Assembly: GCA_002633005.1 (NCBI GenBank)
Contig: NMRA01000086.1
Span: forward strand, 124,001-188,000
Reading direction: 5' to 3'
Length of the DNA: 64,000 bases
DNA from: Phoronis australis
Taxonomy: Eukaryota; Animalia; Phoronida
A program made the position numbers and the translations under genes. Positions 27,201 to 42,200 of this stretch are shown one piece after another (positions within the stretch are counted from its first letter, which is position 1; every line of letters starts with the position of its first letter). The notes under the pieces are model-generated. The model saw nothing but the letters and a program-made list of their open reading frames with translations, searched no databases and had not been told where the DNA came from.

Positions 27201-30200
27201 AGAAAATTGTTCTAGCATACATTGTGTGCAGATATCTTGCCTCTCTGTTGCAGTAGTGTTAGCAGTAGTTTCAGCTTGCGCTGTAGCTCTCAGTATGTCT
27301 GAAAATATAGAATAAACTGGTCATTTTCGGACTATCTTTTTTTTTTAACAAAAATCATGTGAGTTAAGTCGCAAAAGATTTAAATTATTTTTGTACAAGT
27401 ATTCTGATGAAGTGTATCAGGCTATGATGATGTGCATTATGATGATCCAGAATGATTCACAGCAAATGGATGTTATCTTGTGGCAACTGACCTATACCAG
27501 ACTTCCCACCCCCTTGCGAAAATTCACGTGGCACCCAACAAACAAACAAGATATCGGAGGCAAATATACCGTCGTTGAACGATGTTCCTGATGGAATCGA
27601 TGAGTGTTTATTGGATTATCCAAAAAGGCTGTGACAAAGACAACAGGTGGTGCTTTTTAGCAGAGATTCGTACGTTCTTGTATGAGAATTTGTAAAGGCA
27701 AGGATGAAAAAATAAGTATTTGAGGAAAAGTACTTCGGAGTCAGCAAAAATCCGAAGAACCCCAAACGGTTCACATTCACTTGACAAATGGTAAGGTCAT
27801 TGATGCGATATGTTCATATAAAGCTGGGTATGTACCTTAAAGTTGTAATTATCTGTATGATGCCATAGATGTCAGGATACTTTGAACAAAACCAATGAAA
27901 ATTCACCGATGGTTTTATTCTGCCATCTGCTTAATTCCGCCAAATGAAAAGTAGATCTCCGAGTAAAGTAGGTCGAGTCGATAGCACTGTGTATGCTTTT
28001 CTAATCTTTGAGCGAAATATTTTGATTTAAAAACTCTTGGTTCATACCTCAGGTACACACTCGTCTCGTCCTAGACAGTTGGCGCAGGTATGTCTGGGGC
28101 TGTGTCCATGTCAAATCAATATGTGGAAATGGCCGTAATTCTAATTCTTTTTTAAAGCTTCATAAATCCAAGTATCATGTTTGAACAACTACAAAATGAG
28201 CTCTCTGTAACTCTACAGGCAAAGTGTAAACTAGAGTTTCTCGACGAAAAGTTATTTAACTGTTTATTTTTTCTAAACAGCAGCTCGAACAAAGCTTTGA
28301 GTTCAGTAATCCAGTGCCCCTTCTGTGCCGATTGAATCTGTCAATTTTGAGTTCAGTTGAATGCTAGCCTTCGGGTATATCAATAACAAAAAATGTTCCT
28401 CACTTTTGCTACGAAAGAAAACAATGTCAATTCAGACAAAATAAATGAAAAATGTCCTTAAAAACAACAATGACTAATGCTGGGTCCAGCAGGTGCCAAG
28501 GCAAAAGGGACCGAACGAGTGCAACAAGGGGGGTGTCAAAATCAAATAGGCTTACAATATAGCTAACAAACTGAAAAGTACGTAGTTTGGAACAAGTGTA
28601 TTAATTTGTGTCTAGCCTTCGAGTAATCAAGTAACATTGCCAAGTTCATCTGCTCGTGTGGCCGTCCACACAGTTTGGTCCATCGTTTACACCTTCAACA
28701 TCACCTTTCCAGTTAGCAGATGTCCAAAAAGCGACTGGATAATATTCTCGAGCTGCATAACAGCACTCAGAAATACACGACATAGGTTCACTGTTTCACC
28801 ATTCTTATAGCACAATTTCTTGAGCTATAAACTAAAATAAGCTTTACCCGACAACATGTTGTTTGTTGGGTAAAATGGTGGCTTGGAAACACAGACGACG
28901 GTGTGTCAAGAATGCTATGTTCTGATTGGTCAGTTAAGCTGACAGTCAAAATCTTGACGATAGGTCAATTGCTATTTCATTATGGCAATTGGTTAGATGG
29001 ATACTCTTAGCTTAGACTTTGTTCGGATAATGGCTGCCTACACAGACATGCTGTACTATTGTGGACGTGAAGGCTAGCAGCAATGTTGCACGAACTGTTC
29101 AAGTTGTATCTTGTAAAGTGATTTGTGCTATTTGAAAAAGGTAAAATTTAACTTTGGATATTTACCATTATAAAACTAGTCTCAATATGTTCCTTGTTAA
29201 GATTGAGGTTAAGCACCCACATTTGGGTAAGCACCCACCCCCAACTTCTTGAAATTTCCAATTTAGATTTCTATCTCTCCACGGTTCCCATAGGCCTGCC
29301 AAAAATGAATGTAAGTGCCCATTGCGTTAACCTGAATGTTTAAGGTAAATACCATGGTGTTAACATGGACAAAAACATGTGGCTCTAATTCCCATCGTAA
29401 GTTATGAATAAGACACATATTGTCAATGGACCTGTAATGGATATTAACTAAACGACAACAGGGTTCAACACTTAGAGAACATTGGTTGAATAAGTAACAT
29501 AGCAATATTAAGCTGCTTTCTACCTCTTTTGATGTCCAAAAGCACTTAAGCCCTTTGTGCTGTCAACTTAATTCAGAACTCCTCAATTCTTTCCCAAGTC
29601 CAACCTTGATTTCATCTAAATTGTAGTCATATTCTCTGCAAAAACATTTACAAATGTATTTTTATCCACTTGCTGAGCCAACTCTCAATGTGTTTATAAA
29701 ACCAGTATACCAGGGCCGCACTTTGTCAAAGATTTTATCACCCGGTCATAGCTAAGACTGTACTGGCAAACGCCACTTTGAACTTTTTAAAAGAGTGGAA
29801 ATGTTGGAACTGATGTAAAGTTAGTAATTTTTCAGACTTCACTAGCCAGTTTAATGAACTGTCTGATAATTAAAAGTGGCTAAGATTGGACTGACCTTAA
29901 TGAAACAGGCCCAACCTATCTGCTCATTAGCAGATTTGAAAGTTCACATGCGAACATTAACATAGGTTGTCAAAATTAACCACTATTTGCAATGGTTTTC
30001 AGTACATTCAAAAGTGGCCTATATATGAAAGCAGAACAGGTTGAACATGCGCTGGTTTGCCTATGACATTTGTCCTTAAGCATTAATTTATGGACATGCA
30101 TGACCAATGATCAGCTAATTTTGATGTGAAACTGCAGTAGCCAGACGGGTGTCCTAGGACAGAGGTGATCCTGCATTTTAAGGGGCGTCTAAATTACCGG

Positions 30201-33200
30201 AGGTAATTGAGAACCATACTTTCTGCAGCTGCCACTGAGTAAAAGGCAGCATTATTCAGTGGAAGGAGTACGTTATCATCTTTTCTGGTTAATTTAGACA
30301 TGTAAAATACAGGATAATACACCCCCTAGGGTATATCTTCTACATGAAGATTTTGAGGGTGCATGCAGTTAAATCGCATTTAAAATCTGGAGCAATTAAG
30401 GCAAATACGTGGGAAACAGGTAGAGACCATTCCAGGTTGTGTTGTGCTTTACCTGACATGACTGAAGATATTGCAGATATTGGTAAAAGTTGAGTAAACC
30501 TAGTCCCGCTTCAAAATGGCTTCCAGTTTCACTGAATAACGTGCATTGCAGTTTTTCAGTGAAAAATGGCTCTCGGCAGCCATTTTGAAGAGGGTCCCGT
30601 TTACTCCACTTTTACCCAGACATTTGCACTTATTCCTTGGTTGTTATTTTGAATTCATAATCCTCATTGAATAAATGCCATGATGGGAATGCTCAAATTT
30701 TATCCATTTCCCACTGACAATGCTTTGAAAATTGTTCCATTACAGGTCTAGTTGACCTATACCTCTTACTGGTACCTCGTCATCTTGATGAAGCATGCAA
30801 ACAACATTATTCCAGACAGCTACATAACATGCAGGCTGTGATGCTCTTGTGTTCATGTAATGGCTGCTAGTGTTCACAGGCAATAACACATGTTATCAAG
30901 TATATAAATAAACCTCCCAGGGAGATTGACCTTTTTACCTGACCTCTGTGCTTTCTAAGCCTTCATGCATTGTGTACATTCTGGTGTAAGGGCTGCACCT
31001 GCACTTAACGGATGATATAACAGCTTGGAAATCTGATGGTGCTTGCTTTTACTATGAATGAAATAGTCTTTCACCTATTTCTCAACCCAAGATTACCAGC
31101 ACTATAGCTTTCAGGCCACTTAGTCCAATAATATCATTTGGTAATTTCACTTAGCTTTTTTCACATTGCAATTAAATTTCTGGTATTTATTTTGCTAAAA
31201 TTTCGGTATGTTCCTGCCTGTAGATAGTACCTTGCATTCTTTCCTATGAAAAAGTCTTTTCACTGTAGAGCACACTATATGGTAGACAAGCAAAATTTTA
31301 GTTTTCCCTTTTTTCAAAAGACTAAGTGCCAAATCATGGTTTTACCATGTTAAAGTTCTTAACCATAACTCCAATCAAACATTATTTGGAAAAATGTGGA
31401 CATTGATGACTAGGTTTAAACACCTTGAAAATTGAAGATCAATGTTAAATTTTGGCAATTAATATTTTTATGTACATAAATTAGTGAGGTTTCACCACAA
31501 CTTAGATATAGTAATTATTGGTACATTATGCGTACAAGATGTACTGCTCGATGGATGTGCTATGTATTTAATCTGATTTCCCATGCTTTTCATCATTGAG
31601 GCTGATATATTAGATCATGTGTATATCATATCGATCTTCGATCCAAAAAAATAAGTATTTATAAACATGTAATATTGTAAAATATGGCATGACTAATTTC
31701 AGAACTCACTGGTTACTCTCAAAGACCTTTCCCACTGCTTCAGAAGCAATACCAAAGCTTCGGTCAGTGGGAACATTTAACTTCGGTCTTTTATCGAAGT
31801 TAATAGTGCTAGTTAACTCTGAAGTTTAGAGGTGGATTGAACAGCGAAGTGTCGGCGCTTCCCTTTAAGGAGAACCCTTAAAGTCCTTGTTGCAAACTGC
31901 CCATGTGATTCTAGTATCGGAAAATACTTACTACATAAAATCTTATTTTCGACACCCTTTCTTTACATTCTTTTCGCCTTTCTTGCCAAAAGCGATTTTT
32001 CAACCGTATTTGACCCTTTTCTTTGAGCGTATGATTACGGGTTGTCATCGGTTATTTCCGTACCCACATTTCCGGCTCATCAGTTCAGGAACTTGTCCTG
32101 AACGCCTTTTTTTCCTTGTAACTGAATGTGCTATGGCTTGCTCGAAAAGTCTTCATTATATTGTTTTATTAGTAATATATCGTGATTCGTTTGCATATGT
32201 AGTGTATTTATAGTTTGTAGTTTGTGGTCGTTGATTTTTTTTTGGAATGTTACGCGTACTTAGTATGTTAAAATAGCATTGGTGTTTAGTTCCTTACGTA
32301 GGCCGGTCGAACCTAGGAACCAATATGGGTCGAACCTATTTTTTGCAGTTTTATTTTTTCCTCGTTTTGAAATAGTACTTTGCTATCATCGGAAAGGTAG
32401 TACATTCTACTCAGTAAAAATCGAAAAAGTATCAAAATCGGGGCAAGCACTGTAAAGTTATTGCAGGTTTTGTGGCGCAATTTGGGTCACTTTGTTTGGA
32501 TCGCGTCGGCCATATTGAAGGACAGCGGGATGAGTTACGAGTTTAAAACTTTGTGTAAATTGTTTTCGCCAACAAATTACGGTGACATTTAGTTAGACAT
32601 AACTTTACTTACTATTCTGCACGATTTAGCAGTGTTCACCAAATTTCAGCCTCGCAGTTGTTACTCATTAAGTGATAAATGTGCTCACAATTCCCGTAGG
32701 ACTTCGTCTCATTTCTGGCGGCACCTACAATGTCGACTTTTGCTGAACTGAAAGGCATGTTCAATCGGCTACTTTGTAATTTGTGAAGATTTAACGTTGA
32801 TACATTTTGACAAACGTTGCTACAAAAAAGAAACTCTGCTCAATTTTCGTGTTTTTTGTGTTTGTGGCCAGCGACCAGTTAGGCCTAAGGGTAGTCTTGG
32901 CGCAAAGCTGCCTCCTGTTCAGTAACGCTGAGACCTCGCTAAAAAGCAAGACTTCGCGAGAATACGTGAGATTTTGCTGTGAATTTTGAATAAGAGCACG
33001 TGACTTTGACTAGGTTTTAGCTAGGTCCTAGCGTAGGTCCTAGCGTCTACTGAACGCACGCCTGTATAGGCCTACTAACAAGCTGTATTTTGACTATAGT
33101 CTTCACTGGTTGCTGGTGACTGAGGCTAACTAAAGTCTGCCGCGGCAGTGTTACACAGGACTAACCAGCCCGTAATTTCATGCAAGTATCTGAAACTACC

Positions 33201-36200
33201 CTTGAATATATGCAGCATTTATCATTTGACCATTTTACTTCGACAAAACAGCTTGCAACCGCATGCATTTACCGTTCGCCAGTGTCTGGTCTCGATCCGC
33301 ACCGGGTCCGATAGGCTGCGGTCCCGAGTCTGGCAAAATAATTTCTGTCAAAATTTATTCGCCACATTTCTTCAGCAAATTCGATAAAATTGTCTGTAGT
33401 TTGATTTTATTAAAATTAAGGCGCGCTGTCGATCATTTTATCCCCGTTTGCTGGCTGGTAACAGTACAGGCACTGCTCGAGTCGCACTGACGGCGTTTTC
33501 TCGGCCTGGGTTCCTGAATGAATTGTACTTCCGGGTTCGCGGCAAGTTCAAAATGGCGGTGTTTCTTCGGGTGCGAATCGTGAGTGGCGCGTTCATTTAA
33601 ACTGTTTTCGAGTACGGATGGTGTATTAGTTATGGGGTAGGTACTTCTTGGATCCTTATAACATCTTCTAACCATGTAATTACAACGCGTGAGAGAAGGA
33701 CTTTAACTACAATGCCATTGGAGTTATCAGAGATGTCACTGCATTTGCCAACAGCGGGTGGTAACTGGTTAATATTTGTTAATATTTTGTCCCAATAATT
33801 TTAATTTCAGCAGTAGAAGCATTCTGTTTCAATTTGTCCACGTGCTCACTGGATTCCTTCCTTAAAAAAATCGCTGAACATTTTGTGTATGCAAAACAAG
33901 TTCCAGCCAAACATCACACTGCCCTTACATGGATCTGCTGCTAGCAACAAGACTCCAATTTTCTGTTAAATGTTGTCAAATGTCGTAGCTCATTGTACAA
34001 GTCAAGGTCATATTGACGCTGCCTTGCGATAACTTCCTTGAACTATACTCCGAAGTTGATGTGAAACACTAATGCTCAACTTCGAGGTAAACCACAGTTA
34101 ACACTGAAGCTTCAATTGTAGCAATTAATTAAAGCCATCTTTGTGGCTCAAGTCAGTGGGCAGAACATGTGTAAAAGGTACCGGAATAGCTATAACCAAC
34201 TCAAGTCGAACAAGTTTAAAGCAGGTTGTTTCCAGCAGTATTAAGTCTTAGCTGATAGTATAGACTCACATCATAGGGAAGGGATGTATACATGGTTCCT
34301 GTGTCTATTTTTGTCATCGATATTTCTCACTAGTGATACATTACACGCGATTACTAGTATGGCCAAGCAAATCCGAAATGGCATTTGGAAGGAGAGCGAA
34401 ACAATCATGCTGCTTGAGGTGTGGAGGGACGTCAGTGACCTTACAAGGGTGGCAGGAATCTTCACTGGAACATAGAAATCTTTCAGTATTGATACTAGCC
34501 AACTTATAACATAAGTAAGGGTACTAGACGCGTATTTTGAAATATCCATGAAAAGAATCTTACGTTGACACCCTAGCCAGTGGAGATTGGGCAACTTGAT
34601 TGGTTTGTGTACCACAGAATCTGCTGGTTTAGATCAAAGACACAATGCTGTTGTGGTTGATTAAACTGCCTCAGGCTACTGATGTTATTGTTCTCTAGGT
34701 AGTGAGACCACCATAAACACATTTGGGGTTACAATAGTATTTTTAAATTTTCGTTTTGAAAGTTTATAAATAGCATATTTGAATAGTTAATTAATGAATT
34801 TTGAAAATTGGACAAGAAATGTAACTTTTACATTATAGAACTTTTGTGTTACGTTGCAATCATAACATGTTCCTCATTAATTCTGCTGGGTGTGTTATAT
34901 AATTGGGCCAATTACCAAACCACCAAGCAGCAGTTGGATTTCGAGATAAGCCAAGTGTCGTCCTGCATTTGTTGGCATAGGAAATATTAGCTTCCATGGC
35001 GCATAACAGTGTAGCAGTGCGAAGGTTTACCCTGGTATATGTTGCCACACCCAAGCCATGTGGAATGCTAGCCGATCACCTGTATATATACTATTGAGCA
35101 AGCACATTGAAAGATGGTTCTTTTCCACCATCCCCCAGTTGTCTTTAGAAGTGCAGTTGAAACTGACTTAGTGCAACTCGCACTACCTCTCAAACCGGTA
35201 TCAAAAATGGTCGTCGCGGTATCAACTTGCTCCGTGTCAGTCGTGTTTACTCACATACTTGTGCCGATCAGCTGTTCCATGTTAGTTTCACTGTGACAGC
35301 TGTCTCCCGTGTAAATGCGGCCATTGAATGCTCACCTAGATCCACTCATTATCCGCCAAGTCCACACAGCTCATTTCCATGTCTTTCGTGTTGCTAGCAC
35401 AAGTCTAATCAGATGGAGATTAATTGCAGTGGGAATACTATCCTTATCAGTGAAGCAGCTGAAGTCTCTAATTAGGTGTAAACCTAACCAAATGGGTCCC
35501 CTGTTATGGTTTATAATTTTTGAAAAGGGATATTTTTGTTCTAGATGTGTGTTCAATTAGACTAGTAGTTTTTATGATGCATTGAAACTTCGAGGATACT
35601 TTTGTTTGTAAGGCTGGGCTAAACACTTAAGTACTGCAAGTTAAGTGCAGTTCTAGCAACATATTTATATTCAAGGAGCAGTGTTTCAAATGTTTTTCCC
35701 GTTTCGATAAGTGCAAGACACACTTTGTGGGTTATTAAAGTTTAAGCCGTATGAATTAAATTTAACGCAAACCAATTTTACCAAATGTTGTTCTTACAAT
35801 ATGACATTGATTTTCTTAAACTCACCTTTTGAATTTTTGATAGCGCACCACAAAATAAATGATACCAAACTGGACTTAAAAAAACAAGAAAATACTAAAA
35901 TGTAACTGGTTTATAAGAATTGTCTGCTGATACTCAAAATGAATTACCGTAATCATTCGGGTTAACGCCCATGCTCAGTTAACCGCCCACCCCTACTTTA
36001 GGTGGATTTTCGATTTAACCGCCCACTGCTCAGTTAAGCGCCCCCCTACGATTTTTGAAGATTTCCAGTTAAGCGCCCACCTCTCGGTTAAGCGCCCATC
36101 CCGGACTTTTAAAGAATGAAGATTTAGCGCCCTGTGCTAAGGAAACGGTGATTCCCCGACTTTTACAAAAAGACCGATGATCACAATGAGCGTAACAATG

Positions 36201-39200
36201 CCGCGCCTTCAAGACGGTGGTTTAGCAATGTGAATTACAATACAAGTAAGGAGTTCTTGTCTTGGGTCATGGACTCGCTTCAAAATATAATACTTTAACG
36301 TTTTTGTCACTTTATTTTCTTCCCATGTTTACAAAGTTTAAGAACGGCTCCGGCGTCAAAACCTCCGCTTTCAGCGACTTTGTCTGCCGCACTGAGTTTC
36401 GGTCTGCAGTGCACTAGATAAAATATATATTCGAAAAAATCAGGCCAGACAAATGTGACAATGGTTTTGCCAACCCTCCAAATTCTCTTAAGGTGGGAAG
36501 CTCTCGTATTTTGAAGAAATCTCACAACTCACGGAAAGATTTCAAATTCTCATTTTGATGAATGTAACTGCCGGGTTGTAGAGGACGTGTGGCGACCGAA
36601 GGGACAGTACAAGNNNNNNNNNNNNNNNNNNNNNNNNNNNNNNNNNNNNNNNNNNNNNNNNNNNNNNNNNNNNNNNNNNNNNNNNNNNNNNNNNNNNNNN
36701 NNNNNNNNNNNNNNNNNNNNNNNNNNNNNNNNNNNNNNNNNNNNNNNNNNNNNNNNNNNNNNNNNNNNNNNNNNNNNNNNNNNNNNNNNNNNNNNNNNNN
36801 NNNNNNNNNNNNNNNNNNNNNNNNNNNNNNNNNNNNNNNNNNNNNNNNNNNNNNNNNNNNNNNNNNNNNNNNNNNNNNNNNNNNNNNNNNNNNNNNNNNN
36901 NNNNNNNNNNNNNNNNNNNNNNNNNNNNNNNNNNNNNNNNNNNNNNNNNNNNNNNNNNNNNNNNNNNNNNNNNNNNNNNNNNNNNNNNNNNNNNNNNNNN
37001 NNNNNNNNNNNNNNNNNNNNNNNNNNNNNNNNNNNNNNNNNNNNNNNNNNNNNNNNNNNNNNNNNNNNNNNNNNNNNNNNNNNNNNNNNNNNNNNNNNNN
37101 NNNNNNNNNNNNNNNNNNNNNNNNNNNNNNNNNNNNNNNNNNNNNNNNNNNNNNNNNNNNNNNNNNNNNNNNNNNNNNNNNNNNNNNNNNNNNNNNNNNN
37201 NNNNNNNNNNNNNNNNNNNNNNNNNNNNNNNNNNNNNNNNNNNNNNNNNNNNNNNNNNNNNNNNNNNNNNNNNNNNNNNNNNNNNNNNNNNNNNNNNNNN
37301 NNNNNNNNNNNNNNNNNNNNNNNNNNNNNNNNNNNNNNNNNNNNNNNNNNNNNNNNACACCGATTCTTGTCTTAGGCCTAATTCTTTGCCGAGCATGTTT
37401 GGCGCAACGGCAAGTGAGCAATGCCGGGCGGTCGAGATAAAACAGCTAGCCGCAGAACCATACGCTGAAAATGTCATTGAGTCACAGAGTGTCGACTATA
37501 AACATCCTAAACACAAAAAACATCTGAATTGAGTTTTTCAAACTTTTATTACAACTCATTTTAAAACTGCTCTCAGACTATGAACTTGGCAGCTCAGTAC
37601 GAGACTGCAACCATAAATTTGATGTCTGCTGTGACCTCTGCAACACGTGAAGCTTGCACGCGCGCACTTTAACAAGGTCAAATAGTTGCAATCCAAGTAG
37701 AGGCTGCGTGGTCACTGGTCGTCTGCGCTCTAGAGGGCAAAGTAACAAGACCGCAGGACGCCACGGGGCTATTACTCAGTAATTCTGTAAATTTAACAGT
37801 GAATAACTAATCTGACGGCAAGAGAATCTTTGTTGGGATCATCCGCTGTTATGACATTTTTCTCGTCATGTGGCGACGTGACGATAACGCTCTTTGAAAA
37901 GTACTACGCGTTCCGAGTACGAGGTAAGATTAACCGCCCAGGGCGGTTGCCTGTCGTAATAAGCGCCCATGTTCGGTTAACCGCCCACCCTGGATTTCTT
38001 GAAATTTCACGTTTAAGCGCCCATGTCTGGTTAACCGCCCACCCCCGATTTTTTGGGTTTGCCAATTTAACCGCCCAGGGCGTTAACCCGAACGATTACG
38101 GTAAACTGTTTTTTGGCGATGTCAATGTACCAACCTGTGTCATTTGTGGTAAAAATTCTCAAATTCATGACAGTAAAAAATTAATTACTTTGCTCAACGC
38201 TGGAGCTTAATCACCAGAATGACATGGCAAAATTAACGTGTTCGAAATTCTAGGTTTAATGCAGTACGATACAGTCTACACATGTTTGAATATGCCTTTT
38301 ATATAGTTTGTAACACATCACAAGTCAGAAAACATCGCCCAATTTGAGCGAGCGTGGTTTGGTACCGCAGTTACAAACCAATACATCAGTGTGAGCAGGT
38401 AAAAACACCCTTGGAATATTGAACAGTCGCGTAGTTCTGTGATCGCTATTGATTGTTCAACTCACGATCAGCTATAAGTATTAAGTCCGTTATAAAACGT
38501 AACAAGACGAATGTTTCTGCTAATTCTTATGTTCAGCTTAACAAACTTTGTGATGGAAAAACATTCATTTTTCATGTAAGATGTCCTGATGATGATCCAA
38601 TTACAAAATCTCCGACAATATTGCACTGCGACACTGGTTGGTCCACTGTTTGTGTACAAGTTTCTGGCAGACAATTGTAACAGCTTGTTTCAATGGACGT
38701 CTCATTTTTTATAATTGCAAAAAGACAGCAAACAGGAAAATTGCAACCGTTTTAATTGGCAAAGAAGACCTGGTGAGGACTTGTTTTTCAGCTGAGGAGT
38801 TTTAAGTTGTGAAGAAATTCTCAAGCTCTTGTTTCCAGAAGTGGGTGTGTGCATATGTATGAGTCATCTGTCAATCACATGATGCTGCCAATTGTAACAT
38901 ATACTCCAGCGAGTGTGATAGCTTACATGTGTAGACCACTCCAAAGCCACACAGCGACAGTCCTAAATAAAAGAGTATACTGCCTTGATTCTGTTAAGTA
39001 CGCACGCGTTTACTTGACAATGAGTTTAGACCTCCGGTGGTTTTGAAAGAACTGATCCTTTACAATATTCCCCAGGCCTAATGTTCCCAACTCCTGATAT
39101 TCTCTTATTCCGGTGTTTCCTCTGCTGAATGTTCCTTAGGCAAGATGTTCCATGCCCGTAGCCAGCTATTGCAACTGTAAGTTGGTAGGTGTAACATTGT

Positions 39201-42200
39201 GGTTAGTCGACGTCTTTCTACTCTTCGTACCCCAATGCTAATTTTTCACTCCTGGTTTGTAGATTTTTCAAGACTGGATTGGAAATAATTTTGTTGCAGC
39301 TGAAGTAGGCCAATGAGAAGCAAAATTATTGCAGGTGGCTAAAAAGAGTCGTAATGCTTAGTTAAGTTTGTCGCAGAAAATTTTTATTTTAATAACATTC
39401 TTTACTAATTGTAGTCTTTCACTTTCTTTTTACCGCAAGCATTTGGGTTGTCAATCATGTTTGGGTATGTCCCTACTCATACCTTTGATTTTTTTGGATT
39501 CAATTAAGCGCCCATAGCTCAGGCTATCACCCACTGAATTGATTTTCAAAACTGTAAGGTGCATTTCAAGCACCGAAAGCTGGTCAATTTCGAGGCGCTG
39601 TGTGTTGTGTTTGCAATTATCACCAGGGGACATCGTATTCTGTTAGTCTCCTGTACTGCATTACACGTCTTACACAATCTATATTGTGAATCGGAGGCCC
39701 TCATTCTACGCAACAGCAAAATCATTTTTCAAAAGAACGCTTCTTTTCTCAATGTTTGAAAGCCAAATCTCTGTTTTAGAAGGAGAAGTAAGGCACGTGT
39801 CATGTGACCGACCTATTTTCCCATATATGGCACATATTCAGTGCTAAGAAAGCAAACTCAATCACCTGATAATAGAATCCTGCAAGGAGTCGGAATGGTA
39901 TGTGAAGGCTTCTCATTTCATGGAAAACTAATTATCAACTAGCTGTAAGCAGCATAAGTCACTAGAACTTTAATAACTGTCAAGTCTATTTTCAGACTCT
40001 ATTGCTGCAAAAGGATGTGTGCAAAATTTGAGAAATGCAGTGGTGAACGCCAAAATCGTGCGTGTTTCAATCTTTGGAATCAAGAAAATTCAATTTCTGC
40101 TGGATTTTTGGTATCCCAAATTCTCGAGACTGTCCTAAACTGGAGATTTTGTACCTTACACACAAAACTATATCAAGTTAATTCAGTACCCTTGTTTTCT
40201 GTAAAAGTCCGTAACCTATATTAACATGCGTCCCTTGATTCCCACTCAATGAAATGTGATAGAAATTTGATGTGAGTAAACCCATTTTTTATAATTTGAA
40301 AACCAATTTCAGTTATTTTTTGAGTTCTACATATATCTGGAATCATAAGGGCTTGAAAATGTGTACTTTTTCAAAAAGGGAGCTTTATAATTACTATTCA
40401 TGATCCTGCTTGCAATGCTCGATAAACCCTGTTCTTGCATCATGAACACAGTTTAATTGATTATCACTGCCACCTTTGGCCTGTTGTAGCCTGGGTACCT
40501 GGACCTCGGCTGCACAGGCCGTAAATCACAAATCCAGTTAATAACATGTGCCATTCAGGTAAACAGGGTAAAATGCTGTTTGAAGTATTATGTTGTGGTA
40601 TGATTTTTGTGGTAATCACACAGAACTGTTTGATTGGGAAGAACAGTGAAATAGAAGAATTAAACCCATTTATTTATCACAACCACCACAATCATTATAA
40701 TCATTCGTATTTGTTACACAACATTGTACAAATTGCAACTTTGCACTTTGATGTGCAGCATGCCTGCACAGGTCCTAATACACCTGTACTGTTCCATAAA
40801 TTATTTTAAAAAAAAAAATTTCCAAACATGATCTTGTCTCAGACCACCTTATGATCAACTTATATAACGAGTTACACATTCATAATGAACTGACAATAGA
40901 CAACAACAGGCAAAACTAGCCAGCAAAAATACAATTAAGATATAATCTTAGGCACAACTATTGTATAAACATTTAGTTTGCAATAAGCATACTTGGAACA
41001 TCACACTTTACAACCCATTCATGGAAACACAACTTGTTAACTCTAAGGAGAGACAGCTTAATCTAATCTAAGTGATAAGCTTTTCAAAGACTACAAAATG
41101 ACTTCTGGTTAAAGGGCCATTTCCCAGCTGTTTAGCTGGGATTGTTAGATTCTTACCCAACACAGTTCAACATTTGTTACGCAGGGCCCGATTTCAAATT
41201 TTAGGCAACTTTGGAACAACATATCTCAGAAGTGGCTGATCAGATTCACATTAAACTTTCAGGTAATAATGCTTTATGCTCTGTTCTCCAATACGCTGTT
41301 CGGAATTGTTTTTAAAATGTTGCACTTTTGCATGAGGAGGTAAAAAAATAGAAATTACATGATTTTTTTGAAAAGACTTTAAAGTTCCATAAAACAAAAA
41401 TTAAATGATAATTTAGAAAGTTATGTTAACAGCGTTTTTGAGATTTTATCTTGAAACATTTATATCATACCAAATTTGCCAATGCCACTGATCTTGTTGG
41501 TTTGCTATGGATGTACCTTTCTTGCTTGCTAAAATTCACTTACAAATATTGTCGTGTGAAATGATTAATGGCAGATTGGTATAGTCAAAAAATAGAATAC
41601 TATAAAATGTATACATTCAGAAAATAAATACTTTTGCTGAGTTAAATTCTATAGTTTTGTAGACATTTGGCTAAATGTGATGACTTGCCAGTAAGGTCCT
41701 ACATAACCATAAAACATGTTACCATTCTCTTCCAATCTTATATTGTTGACGAGCAAGCAGGCAACTTAAGTCAGAGGTGACGAGTGCGTACACGCGCCAT
41801 TTTTGAAGTTGCAATTTTAAGGTTGGGCTACCCCAAGCATTTTATTGAGCTGCTGACAGGGTTTCACATTCCTCTTAAGTAACAGATTGAAATAGAATTC
41901 TGTCACAGAAAGAGATATGAGACTGATTTTACCGAAATAATAGACCTAAGGTGTTGTTCACTGAGTGGATGTTCATGTGTAAGATTGACCTGGATCTAAA
42001 ATGGGTCATACATAGCGGGGATAGTGGCAGGGCTTGATCGTTCTTCCAGCTCTATTGGGACATCTATAAACACGTAGACAGCTTTTTTTGACCTTTCTTT
42101 AGTATCAGTGTTCCTTTTTAGTGGGAATATTGTCAACAGTGTGTCCAGTTCTTGAGGGTGGAATTGTCTGACTTCAACAACATGCTTGTATGGAAACTTA

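Noticed and set aside
24685-27222. Calling the nested proteins GPCRs or horizontally acquired bacterial genes
   Set aside because: No DRY/NPxxY or other class signatures and the helix spacing is not 7TM-like. The signal peptide, sequons and upstream splice acceptors are eukaryotic.
32295-33050. Possible transposon with cctagg-rich ends
   Set aside because: Termini match only weakly and no TSD could be defined
36522-37477. 262-311 aa ORFs
   Set aside because: Artefacts of reading through the N gap
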